A stretch of 64,000 bases of DNA, taken from Candidatus Pyrohabitans jungbluthii. Its GTDB lineage: Archaea; Hydrothermarchaeota; Hydrothermarchaeia; Hydrothermarchaeales; BMS3B. The DNA lies in the NCBI GenBank assembly GCA_002010065.2, contig MTMD02000008.1:128001-192000 (forward strand), given 5' to 3'. Below the pieces are notes generated by a model. That model was not told where the DNA came from, searched no databases, and saw only the letters and a program-made list of their open reading frames with translations. Of the stretch, positions 47,048-57,551 are shown piece by piece; position 1 is the first letter of the stretch, and each line of letters begins with the position of its first letter. The position numbers were made by a program, and so were the translations under genes.

Positions 47048-47815
47048 CTAGCTTTTCCTCTGAATGTGCAGCTCTATTGCTCGCTCCATTGTAAGCTCGC
47101 CTTTGGCAACTCTCTCCGCGAGGGCTCGTGAGATAGTTATGTTCCCGCTGCGCTGTCTGCTGTCTCGCTGTATGTTTTTAATCTCACCCAGCGTGGCCTT
47201 TATCTCCACCCTCTCCTTCAGTTTGCGTCCCTGCTTCAGGGCTATGTTTATCGCCGCGATGATATCACGAATCGATGGCTGGACGTCACCTCTGCCCAGC
47301 GAAGGCGTTGTAGCGTGCTCATTCACTATCTCAATATCAAAGCTGAAGCTCTCCTGCAGTACCTTGAGCAGACGAAGCCTGAATACCCCACCCCCGTTGC
47401 CCACCTTTATTCTCACCCTCTTGCAGGAGTATATACGCAGAATATCCTTAAGGGCTTTCTTCACCGCTTCAGGGGAGTTGAGCCGAGCCACATGCACAAC
47501 ACTCCCGTCGCCCACCACCGCTAAGCCCGGCTTCTCTCCGGGGTCGATGCCTATGATGAGTTCGTCGTAATGCTCCCTGAGCCCTTTGGAGAGGGAGTAC
47601 GCCTTCTCCACCGCTATGCCTACGCTCTTCTCGGTTGCGGCGACAACGCAGGGAAAGTCAACTCTCTCTGCTTCTGACTCGCTAGTAAGCACTACCTTAA
47701 CCTTCCCTGGAATCTCCTCTCTGAAGGTCAGGCTGTAAAATTCAAGCTTTTTTCGCTTCAGCTCCTTTGCAAAGAGGTAGTATAACCTGGGTATCTCAGT
47801 TAGCACCGCTATCAA
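47048..47815 (-). CDS. Hypothetical protein with RNase H/YqgF-like IGIDPG motif
   Basis: IIGIDPGEKPGLAVV, VGNG, VNE..TT, DIIAA..IA. Confidence 0.65.
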   Translation of the reverse strand: MIAVLTEIPRLYYLFAKELKRKKLEFYSLTFREEIPGKVKVVLTSESEAERVDFPCVVAATEKSVGIAVEKAYSLSKGLREHYDELIIGIDPGEKPGLAVVGDGSVVHVARLNSPEAVKKALKDILRIYSCKRVRIKVGNGGGVFRLRLLKVLQESFSFDIEIVNEHATTPSLGRGDVQPSIRDIIAAINIALKQGRKLKERVEIKATLGEIKNIQRDSRQRSGNITISRALAERVAKGELTMERAIELHIQRKS

Positions 47816-47918
47816 GCGACAACCTCGATTACTGCCATAAATTTGACGTGTTAAAATTTAAATTGCCCTTGCAGGGGGATGGAAAACCTTTAAGTCCTGA
47901 TAAACCAAAGTTACTCTC

Positions 47919-48332
47919 ATGATACCCAAAGACGTGCTCAGGGCTTTTGATAATCTTTGCTACCCTGATAAACCCCTTGTGTGGGTGGCGACCTGCAGCG
48001 AAGACGAGCCCCACCTCGTACCCGTGTGCTTCGTAAAGGCGCTCAACGACGGCAGGCTGCTCATAGGCAACGTTTTTATAAAGCGGACAGAGCGCAACAT
48101 TGAGAGCAATCCTCGTGTTGCCGTGGGCGTAGCCTTCAAGCGCGAAGGCTGGGACGGCTACCTGCTCAAGGGCAGAGCAGAGGTTCTGAGAGAGGGTGAG
48201 TCCTTTGAAAGCTTCAAGCGTGAGGTGCTGGACAGGAGCGGCGGCAAACGAGAGTTAAGCTCTGCGCTTCTCGTAGACGTGGAGGAGGTTTATTCACTGG
48301 CGCCGAAAAAGGGGAAGAAAAGGGTGGTTTAG
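47919..48332 (+). CDS. Pyridoxamine 5'-phosphate oxidase-like FMN-binding protein
   Basis: VATCS...PH.VP, T..NI..NPRV, GY.LKG.AE, VEEVYSL.P. Confidence 0.82.
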   Translation: MIPKDVLRAFDNLCYPDKPLVWVATCSEDEPHLVPVCFVKALNDGRLLIGNVFIKRTERNIESNPRVAVGVAFKREGWDGYLLKGRAEVLREGESFESFKREVLDRSGGKRELSSALLVDVEEVYSLAPKKGKKRVV

Positions 48333-49240
48333 AGCCTCAGCTTCTCGCTGTAGTGGTGCCCCTCCGGGTGCACCTCCTCAATAATCTCGCAATAGAATAT
48401 GTCCTTCTCGGTAAGGGGCTTCGAGAGGTAGCCCAAGTCGAGCATCACAGGCACAAAACGCATTGTAGCTTTGATGTACTCCCGGGGTAAAGCCGCGCAG
48501 TACCGCGGAGATAGTTTCATCGCCGCGAGTGCGAAATCGCTGTCCACGAAGCCAAGTACTGAGGCCGCTACCTCAGCCGCTTTTCTCGGGCGGTTGATTA
48601 TGAGGTTGCTCGCCTCTTCGTGCACCTCAAGGAACACGCGCAGCGCCTTCGAGTCGAGAAAGTCTTCGCGCGCAATTATCCCGTAGCTGGGATTGAAGGG
48701 CCAGAGCCTCGCCGGCGGGAGGGCAATTCTAGCGCCCAGCTCGCGCTCAAGCAGTGCCGCGAGAGCAGGCGTGCCGATGGCTGCAGCTATTTCCTCAGCC
48801 TCCATCGCGAGGGGTATGAAGTCCGCCCACGGGTAGTTTATAACCTCGGTCTCTATGCTGTGCTCCCTGAGAAGGTGGCGCAGGATAATGTCATGGATTG
48901 AGCCTCTCGGGGGGGAGCCTATGCGCTTGCCCTCAAGCGAAGTAACGATATCCTCAACACTCTGCCCATCAACGCCTTTAGCTGTGCACAGGGCTGTGCC
49001 CTCCACGTGTCCCCCGGCAACGCATTTTATCTCTGCCCCCTGCGCTATGCCTATCATCACAGGGGGTAGGCCAATATAGCCAATGTCCACCTCGCCCCGC
49101 TCCAGCGCATCTACGATGGCAGGGCCGCCTCCGAAGAGTTTCCAGCTTGCGCTTACTCCTCGACTCTCAAGCATGCGCAGCCCGCGAATGATTAAGGCGG
49201 TATGGTAGACCGTAGAGAGGTGTCCAACTCTAATCCTCAT
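48329..49240 (-). CDS. SsuA/NMT1-like substrate-binding-fold protein without signal peptide
   Basis: IRVG.L, F.GGP.IV.AL..GEVDIGYIG..P, GKRIG.P..GSI.D. Confidence 0.8.
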   Translation of the reverse strand: MRIRVGHLSTVYHTALIIRGLRMLESRGVSASWKLFGGGPAIVDALERGEVDIGYIGLPPVMIGIAQGAEIKCVAGGHVEGTALCTAKGVDGQSVEDIVTSLEGKRIGSPPRGSIHDIILRHLLREHSIETEVINYPWADFIPLAMEAEEIAAAIGTPALAALLERELGARIALPPARLWPFNPSYGIIAREDFLDSKALRVFLEVHEEASNLIINRPRKAAEVAASVLGFVDSDFALAAMKLSPRYCAALPREYIKATMRFVPVMLDLGYLSKPLTEKDIFYCEIIEEVHPEGHHYSEKLRL

Positions 49241-50354
49241 CTCTCAGAAACCCCATCACATTTGCTTTGATATCCTCGGGCGATAGGGGGATGTTACTCA
49301 CGCGAGCGTTGCCAGGTTTTGTTACCACGTGCACAAAGCGCGGCGCATCGCCTCGGTGCATGGCTTCGACTACCTCTTCAGGCGTAGAGGCGCGGGAGGC
49401 ATTTTCTATGCCCATCGCCCTTGCAAGCATCGCCAGGTCGGCGCTTCGCATCGTCGCGGTTGGCTGGTTGCCTGTGCTGCCGTAGGCAGCGTTGTCCATT
49501 GCTAAGATGGTTAAATTCCGCGGCGCCATCTCAGACACCGTTGCTAGGCATCCTGCGTTCATGAGCAGGCTCCCGTCGCCATCTATAACCACAACCTCCT
49601 TTCGCGTACCCAGAGCTATGCCAAGCCCAATGGATGTCGCCATGCCCATACTACCAAGCATGTAGAAGTTTGAGCGCTGGTGGAGCACGTGGTACAGCTC
49701 CTTGCTGGGCACGCCCAAGTTGCTCACCACCACCTTACCGCGGAGCTCCTCTCTTATACCGGCGAGAATCTCAAAGCGCGTGTGCTTCGCGGTAGCTTCT
49801 TTGCCCTCAAAGCTTCTCCTAGCTACAGTTCTGTCTTCACCCTCCCAGCGAGGCATCTCAAAGTCGCTGCCCTCCCATACCTTAGGGCTGAGCAGCGCCG
49901 CAGCAATGCGACTCTCCTCGAAGGCGATGGAGGCAGCCTCAGCTATTTTTGGTATGTCCTCCCTCTCCTGAACCTCAACAAAATCTATCTCCAGCGCTTT
50001 AAGCAGCCTGGGTACAAACATACCCATTGGCTTCTGGGCCACTATAGCCTCTTTGTAAACCCCCCGCCAGCTTATCAAGATAAAAAGGGGAAGCTCATAC
50101 AGCTTGGTGAGCGATGCTAGGGCATTGATCATGTTCCCTATGCCGGAGGTTTGCACCAGCATCACGGGCTTCTCCCCGGCGAGCGCAGCGCCTGCGGCTA
50201 TGCCTACACCTTCTTCCTCACGGGTAAGAGGTACATGCCTGAATTCTCTGGCAATGAGATAATGCAGCGCTTTAACCTTATCACAGGGCAGCGTCAAAGC
50301 GAGGCTTGCACCAGTGTCTTTTAAAAGCGCGACCACATCTTCCTCTGGACTCAT
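49230..50354 (-). CDS. comDE: Fused sulfopyruvate decarboxylase alpha/beta
   Basis: LPC, REEEGVGI.AG, SGIGN, NFYMLGSMG, DGDGSLLMN, DN.AYGSTG.Q. Confidence 0.92.
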   Translation of the reverse strand: MSPEEDVVALLKDTGASLALTLPCDKVKALHYLIAREFRHVPLTREEEGVGIAAGAALAGEKPVMLVQTSGIGNMINALASLTKLYELPLFILISWRGVYKEAIVAQKPMGMFVPRLLKALEIDFVEVQEREDIPKIAEAASIAFEESRIAAALLSPKVWEGSDFEMPRWEGEDRTVARRSFEGKEATAKHTRFEILAGIREELRGKVVVSNLGVPSKELYHVLHQRSNFYMLGSMGMATSIGLGIALGTRKEVVVIDGDGSLLMNAGCLATVSEMAPRNLTILAMDNAAYGSTGNQPTATMRSADLAMLARAMGIENASRASTPEEVVEAMHRGDAPRFVHVVTKPGNARVSNIPLSPEDIKANVMGFLRDED

Positions 50355-51607
50355 AGCTCAAGCTCCTTAAGTTCGCGATCGCTCGCATTTTTGCTGAGAG
50401 TATAGTCTTCCTTTAATCTGTGAAGCTTTTTATCCTTTCGCAGCCTTGCGCTTCCGCCGCCGGTAATGTTGAGTAGCACCCTCTCGTGCCTACGAATGCT
50501 TCCATTTTCAACTGCCTGCAAAAGTGCTGCCACTGCCACGCTGGCAGCAGGGAGAATATCTATCCCCTCCAGCCTTGCAAAAAGTGCCTTGGCGCGCTTT
50601 GCCTCGCTGTTCTTAACCCCGTACATCTCTCCCCGCGTGGCCACAAGCGCGTCGTAAACCCCACCTGCTATGCCATAGGGAGGGTAGCGGTTTGAGAGCA
50701 CCCGCGCGTAGATCAGGTCGAGCACATTCTCAGCCTGCGGAATGTCCTCCTCAGGCACAATCTCCCGCCTGCCGGCACGCCATGCGCTGTACATAGGTGC
50801 AACAGGGAGATTCTGGGCCAGGTGAAGCCTGGGCAAAGCTTTACCAAAGCGGCCATCCTCGCGAAGGCGGAGCGCCGCCTCGTAAGTTGCTATCGCACCC
50901 GTACCGCTTCCCACCGCTTGGAAGTAGTGCTGTGGCATGCACCCCATTTCAAACACTGCATCGAGCAGAACTGTAGCCAAGCCATCTCTGCGAGCTATAT
51001 TCCTAGCACCACCCTCATAGGTAAAGCCCTTTATTCTGGAAAGTCGCTGGGCTATTGCGATGCTGTCCGAGTAGTCGCCGTCGGTAATCATGACCGTCTT
51101 CACATACCTCCTGTCATAGCGTGGAAGAAAAACTCCGCACAGGCATTTCCTAGGCACGAGGAGTACCACCGGGAAGCGCTCCTGCGAGGCTGCAGCTGCG
51201 AAGGCTTTTGCGGTATTGCCTGCAGAGGCTACGACCAGCTTGGTGACACCGTTCTCCTGTGCATAGCGTATAGTTACCGCAGCTTCAAGCTCCTTGAATG
51301 TGCAGGTCTCCATGCTTACCCCTCGCTCTGGCCAGTAGCCGTTGAAGGTGATGTAGAGGTTTTTAAGCCCAAGTTCTTCCGCTAGACCCTCGCTTTTATA
51401 GGTTACCGGTTTCTCGCTGTAGCTTGAAGGCTCGTTTACAGGCAGCCAGTCGATGAAGCGCCATATCCCGGGGAGGTCCCTGAGAGTCAACTTTTTCTCT
51501 GGATAGATGCTTCTTGTTAATCCTTTGTGGTTAGGGCAGACGAAATTAAATGAAACATTCTTCCTAACCTCTCCCCCTTCGAGGCAAAGCAGATGAAACT
51601 TCTCCAT
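50351..51607 (-). CDS. Cysteate synthase (threonine synthase-like PLP enzyme)
   Basis: F.GYWPE, TCTFKELEA, SAGNTA, EGGA.N.ARRDG, YFQAVGSGTG, LSNR.PPY; upstream of comDE. Confidence 0.9.
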   Translation of the reverse strand: MEKFHLLCLEGGEVRKNVSFNFVCPNHKGLTRSIYPEKKLTLRDLPGIWRFIDWLPVNEPSSYSEKPVTYKSEGLAEELGLKNLYITFNGYWPERGVSMETCTFKELEAAVTIRYAQENGVTKLVVASAGNTAKAFAAAASQERFPVVLLVPRKCLCGVFLPRYDRRYVKTVMITDGDYSDSIAIAQRLSRIKGFTYEGGARNIARRDGLATVLLDAVFEMGCMPQHYFQAVGSGTGAIATYEAALRLREDGRFGKALPRLHLAQNLPVAPMYSAWRAGRREIVPEEDIPQAENVLDLIYARVLSNRYPPYGIAGGVYDALVATRGEMYGVKNSEAKRAKALFARLEGIDILPAASVAVAALLQAVENGSIRRHERVLLNITGGGSARLRKDKKLHRLKEDYTLSKNASDRELKELEL

Positions 51608-51656
51608 GAAGATACCTCAGGGGTTAGGAAAAAATCCTACCATGGATAGTATAATT

Positions 51657-51701
51657 TGAAAATCATCCAAAAAATTATAGCACTTTAAAAGATGATTTTC
51701 A
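51657..51701. promoter_or_regulatory. Perfect 11-bp inverted repeat TGAAAATCATC-N23-GATGATTTTCA
   Basis: Read directly; lies between the divergent cysteate synthase and kinase genes. Confidence 0.5.
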
Positions 51702-51820
51702 CCTGTCAACTTCATGGAGATGGTGGGGAAGAAGAGACGGGACTATAAGGGTAATGCCAGAGAAATTTGAGGCATATATTTAAATAGAACAAAGAGATAC
51801 TATTATATAGGAACGCTTTC

Positions 51821-53956
51821 TTGGATGTGGTGGGGATTAATGTCCTTGGAAAATTAAAACTTGGAACTAAGTTCCTTCTTGTTGTCGGAACTGTTGTAGC
51901 TGTGGTTATCTCATCTTTTTTTGTCTGGGAATACAAAGAACTGGAAAAACACATAATAAGTGGGGTAGAGAAGCAGGCTGAGATAGCCTTCGAGCAGATC
52001 GTTATAACCCGCCAGTGGAGTGCAGATTACGGAGGGGTATACGTTGAGAAAAGGGCAGGTGTGGAGTCCAACCCCTACCTCCGTGAAATCGGGATTAACC
52101 CAGATATAATTGATATTGAAGGAAAAAAATACACCTTAAAGAATCCTGCCCTCATGACAAGGGAAATCTCAAGTTATGCTGAGGCAAAGGGAATTCATCA
52201 ATTCCATATCACCAGCCTCAAGCTTATCAATCCCAACAATGCCCCGGATGAGTTTGAAAGGCAGGCGCTTGAAAAATTTGAAAATGGAATAAAAAGCGTT
52301 TCTCAGATAACAATTAAAAAAGGCACTCCAGTCTTCCAGTACATGGCACCTATTTATGTAGAGGAGGCGTGCCTGAAATGCCACGGGCATCTGGGGTATA
52401 ACGTGGGGGACATTGCAGGGGGCATAAGCGTCTTTGTGCCCATGCAGGAGGCGTATCTGGCTATTCAAAATACAAAAAGAAATCTCTTCTTTCTTGCAGC
52501 AGCAATAATACTCGTTTTAGAAGCAAGCCTCTATTTGTCAATAAAAAAGATGGTAACGAAGCCCTTAGAAAAACTTACCAGAGGTGCTGAAGAAATTGGA
52601 AAAAGCAATCTGGACTACAGGCTTGAGATAGAGAGCAGCGACGAAATAGGCAGACTTGCTGGAGCTTTTAACGATATGAGTTCAAAATTGAAGAAGTCCC
52701 ATGAGGATATAAAGCATAAAGCCGAGCAAATTGCTCTGATGCGGGACATCGACAAAGCTATACTCTCCACAATGCGCATAGATAAGATGGTCCCTGCGAT
52801 TCTCGGGAAAATAAACAGTGTAATATCCTGCGACTATGCTCATGTAGCCATTCTTGATGAAAAAAATAGAGACTTCTATGTTATTGGCTCTTCTGCGGAA
52901 AATAAGGCCTCTATTAGTTGCTTCAAGATACCATTTGAGCAGGCTTCTCAGTGTCCTGTTTTGAGAGATAAAAAACCCATGATTTGCGGGGATATAACCC
53001 AAGAAAACCCCTGCAGCGCATGCATCTTCAATTTGAAAATTGTGGAGGAAGGGGCTCGTTCTACATTAATTGTACCACTTCTCGCAGGGGAGCGGGTATT
53101 AGGTCTCCTTCATCTTGGAAGCCTCACCAACGACGCATTCAATGAGGAGCACATGGCAATAGCGCAGGAACTCGCAAACCAGCTTGCAGTCGCTCTTGAG
53201 AATGCAAGACTGATAGAAGAACTTAACAATGCTTATAAGAAGCTTGAAGAAAACTATCTCGATTTAAAAGAGATAGACAGGGTAAAAAACGACATCATCG
53301 CAAACGTTTCTCACGAGCTTAGAACGCCATTAACCATTGTGAAGGGTTTTATTGAAATTGCGATGGAAGAAGAGGATAAAGAGGAGAGAAATGAACTCCT
53401 TTCAATGTGCAGGAAGGCACTATTCAAGCAAAATAGAATTATAGACGACCTGATAAATGTATCGGAGTTCGAGAAAAAGGAATACAAAATAAAATTCGAA
53501 AATGTTGATTTAGAGCATGTTATCCACATTGCCAAAGAAGAGATTAAATCTTACGCACTTGAAAAGGATATTACCATAAAAACGTCTGTAGAAGAGAGCC
53601 TGCCTGATATAAAGGCAGATTTCGAGGCCTTGAAGCATGCAATTACTAATTTACTTGACAACGCAATAAAATTCAACAGGAAGGGCGGAGAGGTTGTCAT
53701 AGAAGCACGGCGAAAAGACAATGCGATTGAAGTATGCATTGCAGATACAGGTATTGGTATTCCCAAAGACAAAATACCTAAGCTGTTCACACCTCTATAC
53801 CAGATCAATGCCACCACTACTCGAAAATTCGGCGGCACTGGCATGGGCCTGGCGGTTGTCAAGAGAATTATTGAAGCCCACGGTGGAAAAGTATGGGTGG
53901 AAAGTGAGGAAGGTAAAGGAAGCAGATTTTGTTTTACCCTACCTATTCAAAGATAA
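51821..53956 (+). CDS. Membrane histidine kinase: DUF3365 CxxCH sensor, HAMP, GAF, HisKA, HATPase
   Basis: [41 protein letters not shown]; SHELRTPL; GGTGMGL. Exact start uncertain. Confidence 0.92.
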   Translation: MDVVGINVLGKLKLGTKFLLVVGTVVAVVISSFFVWEYKELEKHIISGVEKQAEIAFEQIVITRQWSADYGGVYVEKRAGVESNPYLREIGINPDIIDIEGKKYTLKNPALMTREISSYAEAKGIHQFHITSLKLINPNNAPDEFERQALEKFENGIKSVSQITIKKGTPVFQYMAPIYVEEACLKCHGHLGYNVGDIAGGISVFVPMQEAYLAIQNTKRNLFFLAAAIILVLEASLYLSIKKMVTKPLEKLTRGAEEIGKSNLDYRLEIESSDEIGRLAGAFNDMSSKLKKSHEDIKHKAEQIALMRDIDKAILSTMRIDKMVPAILGKINSVISCDYAHVAILDEKNRDFYVIGSSAENKASISCFKIPFEQASQCPVLRDKKPMICGDITQENPCSACIFNLKIVEEGARSTLIVPLLAGERVLGLLHLGSLTNDAFNEEHMAIAQELANQLAVALENARLIEELNNAYKKLEENYLDLKEIDRVKNDIIANVSHELRTPLTIVKGFIEIAMEEEDKEERNELLSMCRKALFKQNRIIDDLINVSEFEKKEYKIKFENVDLEHVIHIAKEEIKSYALEKDITIKTSVEESLPDIKADFEALKHAITNLLDNAIKFNRKGGEVVIEARRKDNAIEVCIADTGIGIPKDKIPKLFTPLYQINATTTRKFGGTGMGLAVVKRIIEAHGGKVWVESEEGKGSRFCFTLPIQR

Positions 53957-54227
53957 TTTAGATTCTGAACCAGAAATTAAGCCCATAGGAGTATCTGATA
54001 AAATGATTATTCTTTCTTTCCGATATTATTAGATAAAAGGAGATTATTTTCATGTCGCTGGTAAATACCCAGACAACAAGGGAAGGATTGTTATTCTTTG
54101 GCCCCATCTGTATTTATTCACAAAACATAAGCGTGGATGTTCCGTAGCCGGATGGATGCTGATAATGCGCTCCAAGCAGGATGCCGAGGTTATCTTCATT
54201 ACTAATGAAGCTGCCATGCCTGGTGAG

Positions 54228-55157
54228 ATGTTGCTAATGATACTCAATTTCATTACTCTGGCTTTCTCAATAGTCGTGCTAGCATACGCCAGCGACTACT
54301 TCACGGAGGGTGCGGCAAAAATTGCGCGAAGACTTGGTGTCTCAAAGTTCATCATCGGCGCAGTGGTGGTTGGATTTGGCACCTCTTCGCCCGAGCTTTT
54401 CACATCTGTTTATGCGTCGCTCTCGGGCACTGGCGGCATCGCCATAGGAAATGTGATTGGCTCAAATATCGCCAACATCGGCCTTATTCTAGGTTTAGCA
54501 GCGTTCATCAGGGCAGCGATTATAAGGAAGGATGTAGAGTTCAGAAACAGTATCGCCTGCCTTCTACTCACTGTTATGGCGAGCGTGCTGATTCTACAGG
54601 GCTATGTGATCTCACTCCTGGACGGCATCCTCCTACTTGTAGCATTTACCTTTTATATCGTATACTCAATCAAAAATCCGGCCAACTCCACCTATGCTCC
54701 AGACGTAACTGAAGATGCAAAAGGGGCGGGGGTTCACGTGGTGTTTGGGCTTGCAGGGGTTTTGATAGGAAGTGTGTTGCTTGTAAACTCCGCCGTAGCC
54801 ATTGCCCACACTCTCGGCATACCTGAGTCGGTCATCGGGCTAACTCTGGTTGCCTTCGGCACAAGTGTGCCTGAGCTTGCGGTGTCTTTAGTAGCGGCAA
54901 AGAAGGGCTACTTTACCATGGTGCTTGGAAATGTGGTGGGCAGCAATATATTCAACATCCTGCTTGTGCTAGGCGCTGCCGCAGTTGCTAACCCCATTTT
55001 TGTTGATGATGCAATAGCTTTCAGGAGCACCCCAATGATGCTGATAGTTACTGCCTTAATGTTACTATTTATGAGAACCGGATGGAAGATTACGAGGGTG
55101 GAGGGATTGGTACTCCTCCTCTCCTACGGCGTGTTTCTGTGGGTGAGTTTCAGCTGA
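54228..55157 (+). CDS. Ca2+/Na+ antiporter (CaCA, YrbG-like)
   Basis: Two alpha repeats: GTSSPE...GN.IGSN and GTSVPE...GN.VGSN. Confidence 0.92.
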   Translation: MLLMILNFITLAFSIVVLAYASDYFTEGAAKIARRLGVSKFIIGAVVVGFGTSSPELFTSVYASLSGTGGIAIGNVIGSNIANIGLILGLAAFIRAAIIRKDVEFRNSIACLLLTVMASVLILQGYVISLLDGILLLVAFTFYIVYSIKNPANSTYAPDVTEDAKGAGVHVVFGLAGVLIGSVLLVNSAVAIAHTLGIPESVIGLTLVAFGTSVPELAVSLVAAKKGYFTMVLGNVVGSNIFNILLVLGAAAVANPIFVDDAIAFRSTPMMLIVTALMLLFMRTGWKITRVEGLVLLLSYGVFLWVSFS

Positions 55158-55200
55158 CTAACAGTGACAACTTAACTATTTATCCTTTTTAACAACCTCT

Positions 55201-55425
55201 CTACAACGCTAAGGAACTCTTCTCTGTCAAAATGCAGACCTCCCAGCCGTTAGGCTCTGGCATCATAACGTCCAGCAGTATTACGTCTGGGATCTCCGAT
55301 TTAAGCTTCTCCAAGCACTCTGCCCCGCTCTCCGCCTCAGCGACGCTGTGCCCGACCATCTCCAGCATCCTCCTGGCCACAAACCTCACCCCGGGCTCAT
55401 CATCCACCAGCAGTATCCTCGCCAT
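55201..55425 (-). pseudogene. Truncated response regulator receiver domain (74 aa)
   Basis: ILLVDDE...LLDVMMP..NGWEVC, then unrelated sequence and a stop; the beta4 Thr/Ser and KP segments are missing. Confidence 0.75.
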
Positions 55426-57283
55426 TCTTCTCCCTCCAGATGGGCAGGGTGAAGCAGAAGGTCGAGCCCTTACCAAGCTCGCTCTCCACCGTTACCCTTC
55501 CTCCGTGCGCCTCTACCACCTCCTTCACTATGGCAAGCCCCATGCCTGCGCCGCCGTAGCGCCTCGTGGGAGAGCTGTCCACCTGGTAGAAGCGCTCGAA
55601 GATCTTATCCAGCCTGTCTTCGGGTATGCCTATGCCGGTGTCGCTCACGCAAACTTTTATCATACCATGCTCCTTCTCCGCCCGGATGTTGATTCTCCCT
55701 CCCTCTCTGTTGAACTTAATGGCATTATTTAGCAGGTTGCGCACTACCAGCTTGAGTTGCTCCCTATCCGCTCTAACCTTTGGAAGGTCCTCAGCCAGAC
55801 TAATCTCCATCGTAAGCTTGGCTTTAACCAGCATGGGCTTGAACTCGTCGCTCACCTGCTTTATCAGCTCGGCCACGTCCACCGGCTCGAGCTTGAGCCT
55901 TCTCTCGCCCTTTCTTATCTTAGCTGCCTCTATCAGGTTCTCCACAATGAAATTCTGGCGGGTAAGCGCATCTTCCGCCATCTTCAGAAGCCTATTCCTC
56001 TCCTCCGGGTCTTTCTCCTGCCTCGCCAGCTCTATTGCGCCCCTGGCAATGGTTAATGGTGTTCGGAGCTCATGGCTCACGTTGGCTATAATGTTGCCCT
56101 TCAGCTCGTCCAAGCTTTTGAGCTCCTGATAGGCTCGCCGGAGCTCCTCATACGCCCTCCTCAGCTCCTCATAAAGCCTGGCGTGCTCCACAGCCACAGA
56201 AGTAAGCGTCGCCAGAAGCACAAGCGTTCTGATGTGCTCCTCTGTGAACCTCATTTTTCTGCGGTTCGCCACGTACAGCACGCCCAGGGGCTCACCCTTC
56301 CCGGACATGAAGGGTACAGCTAGGAAGGAGACTAGTCCTTCCTTCCTGACGGCGTCGTAGGGAGGGTTTACTAGGCGCGGGTCGGTGAAGAAATCCTCCA
56401 CAACCACTGGCTTCCTTTCCTTCACCACCAGCCAGCCGAGTCCTGTCCCTCTCTCAAGCTCTATGTTCTCCAGCTCTCGGGTGCGCGTGCCCACAAGGGT
56501 GTGGTGACGAATCACATCTCCCTCCACAAAGCCAAAGAAGGCCACGTCCGCCTGGGTTAATTCCCTCGCCTTGCTCACAATAAACTTGAGCAGGGACGAA
56601 AGCTCGTGCCTCTCAATTATGTTTCTTTGGATCTCAACAACCACCTCAAGCTCCTCAATTGAGCGCCTCAGCCTATCCTCCAGCCGCTTGCGCTCTGTTA
56701 TTTCGCGGGCGATACTGAGGATCGCAGGTGAACCCTCGTACTCAATGAGCCTGCTGCTTATTTCAACGGGTATTCGAGACCCATCCCGCCTAAGGTAAGC
56801 TGTCTCGAAGGAGAGCCTAGTCCGCCGGTCCAGCTCCGTGAGCCGCTCCCGCGCTAAGGTAGCATACTCAGGAGCCTCTATGTCTGCCATTTTCATCTGC
56901 AAAAGCTCATCTCGGCTGTAGTCAAGCAACTCGCATGCGGTGAGATTAACCTCCAGGAAATGCCCCTCAAAGTCATGAATGAAGATGGCATCAGCCGCGT
57001 TGTCGAAAAGGATTCTGAACTTCCTCTCGGACTCCTGTTTCCTGCTCACCAGGTAGGCGAAGGCTGTCGAAAGTACAGGCGCAAGGAGAATCAGAATGTG
57101 GAAGAAGGGGATAAACAGTGGCTCCGTCTCTGTGAGGTGGACGAAAAGCTCGCTGAAGCCTGCCTTCTCTTTGTACTCATAAGAAAGATACGAGAGGAGC
57201 ATCACCCAGCCGCTCGCACCTATGGCAATGCTCAGCTTCCGAGATTTTATGGTTAGGGTCAGTTTTTTCAGAAATTTTAGCAT
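55400..57283 (-). CDS. Two-TM PAS-GAF histidine kinase
   Basis: [31 protein letters not shown]...[18 protein letters not shown]. Confidence 0.92.
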   Translation of the reverse strand: MLKFLKKLTLTIKSRKLSIAIGASGWVMLLSYLSYEYKEKAGFSELFVHLTETEPLFIPFFHILILLAPVLSTAFAYLVSRKQESERKFRILFDNAADAIFIHDFEGHFLEVNLTACELLDYSRDELLQMKMADIEAPEYATLARERLTELDRRTRLSFETAYLRRDGSRIPVEISSRLIEYEGSPAILSIAREITERKRLEDRLRRSIEELEVVVEIQRNIIERHELSSLLKFIVSKARELTQADVAFFGFVEGDVIRHHTLVGTRTRELENIELERGTGLGWLVVKERKPVVVEDFFTDPRLVNPPYDAVRKEGLVSFLAVPFMSGKGEPLGVLYVANRRKMRFTEEHIRTLVLLATLTSVAVEHARLYEELRRAYEELRRAYQELKSLDELKGNIIANVSHELRTPLTIARGAIELARQEKDPEERNRLLKMAEDALTRQNFIVENLIEAAKIRKGERRLKLEPVDVAELIKQVSDEFKPMLVKAKLTMEISLAEDLPKVRADREQLKLVVRNLLNNAIKFNREGGRINIRAEKEHGMIKVCVSDTGIGIPEDRLDKIFERFYQVDSSPTRRYGGAGMGLAIVKEVVEAHGGRVTVESELGKGSTFCFTLPIWREKNGEDTAGG

Positions 57284-57551
57284 CACATTTCCCTCACAGG
57301 CTGTGTCCCCCTGAAGCATGTGATTTTTTGAGCATATATAAATATCTTACTTAAAAATTTAACTTCAGTGTCTAAGCATAACATATATTCTCCCATCAGC
57401 TGTAAATATGGTACCCTCAAGTGATACATCACAACACTCTGTCTACCCTATCTGAATCCTTAAAGGATGAAATTAAAAATTTTAAGGAACTAATGTAAGG
57501 CAAAAAGCGCTATATTTAAGTAGTAGCGGTGTACTATATTGATTGGGGAGC

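Noticed and set aside
54051-54146. 31-codon ORF after AGGAG between the kinase and the antiporter
   Set aside because: No motif, no second copy and no compositional support; compatible with chance.
56110-56180. Short tandem repeat encoding [18 protein letters not shown]
   Set aside because: Coiled-coil heptads of the kinase signalling helix.
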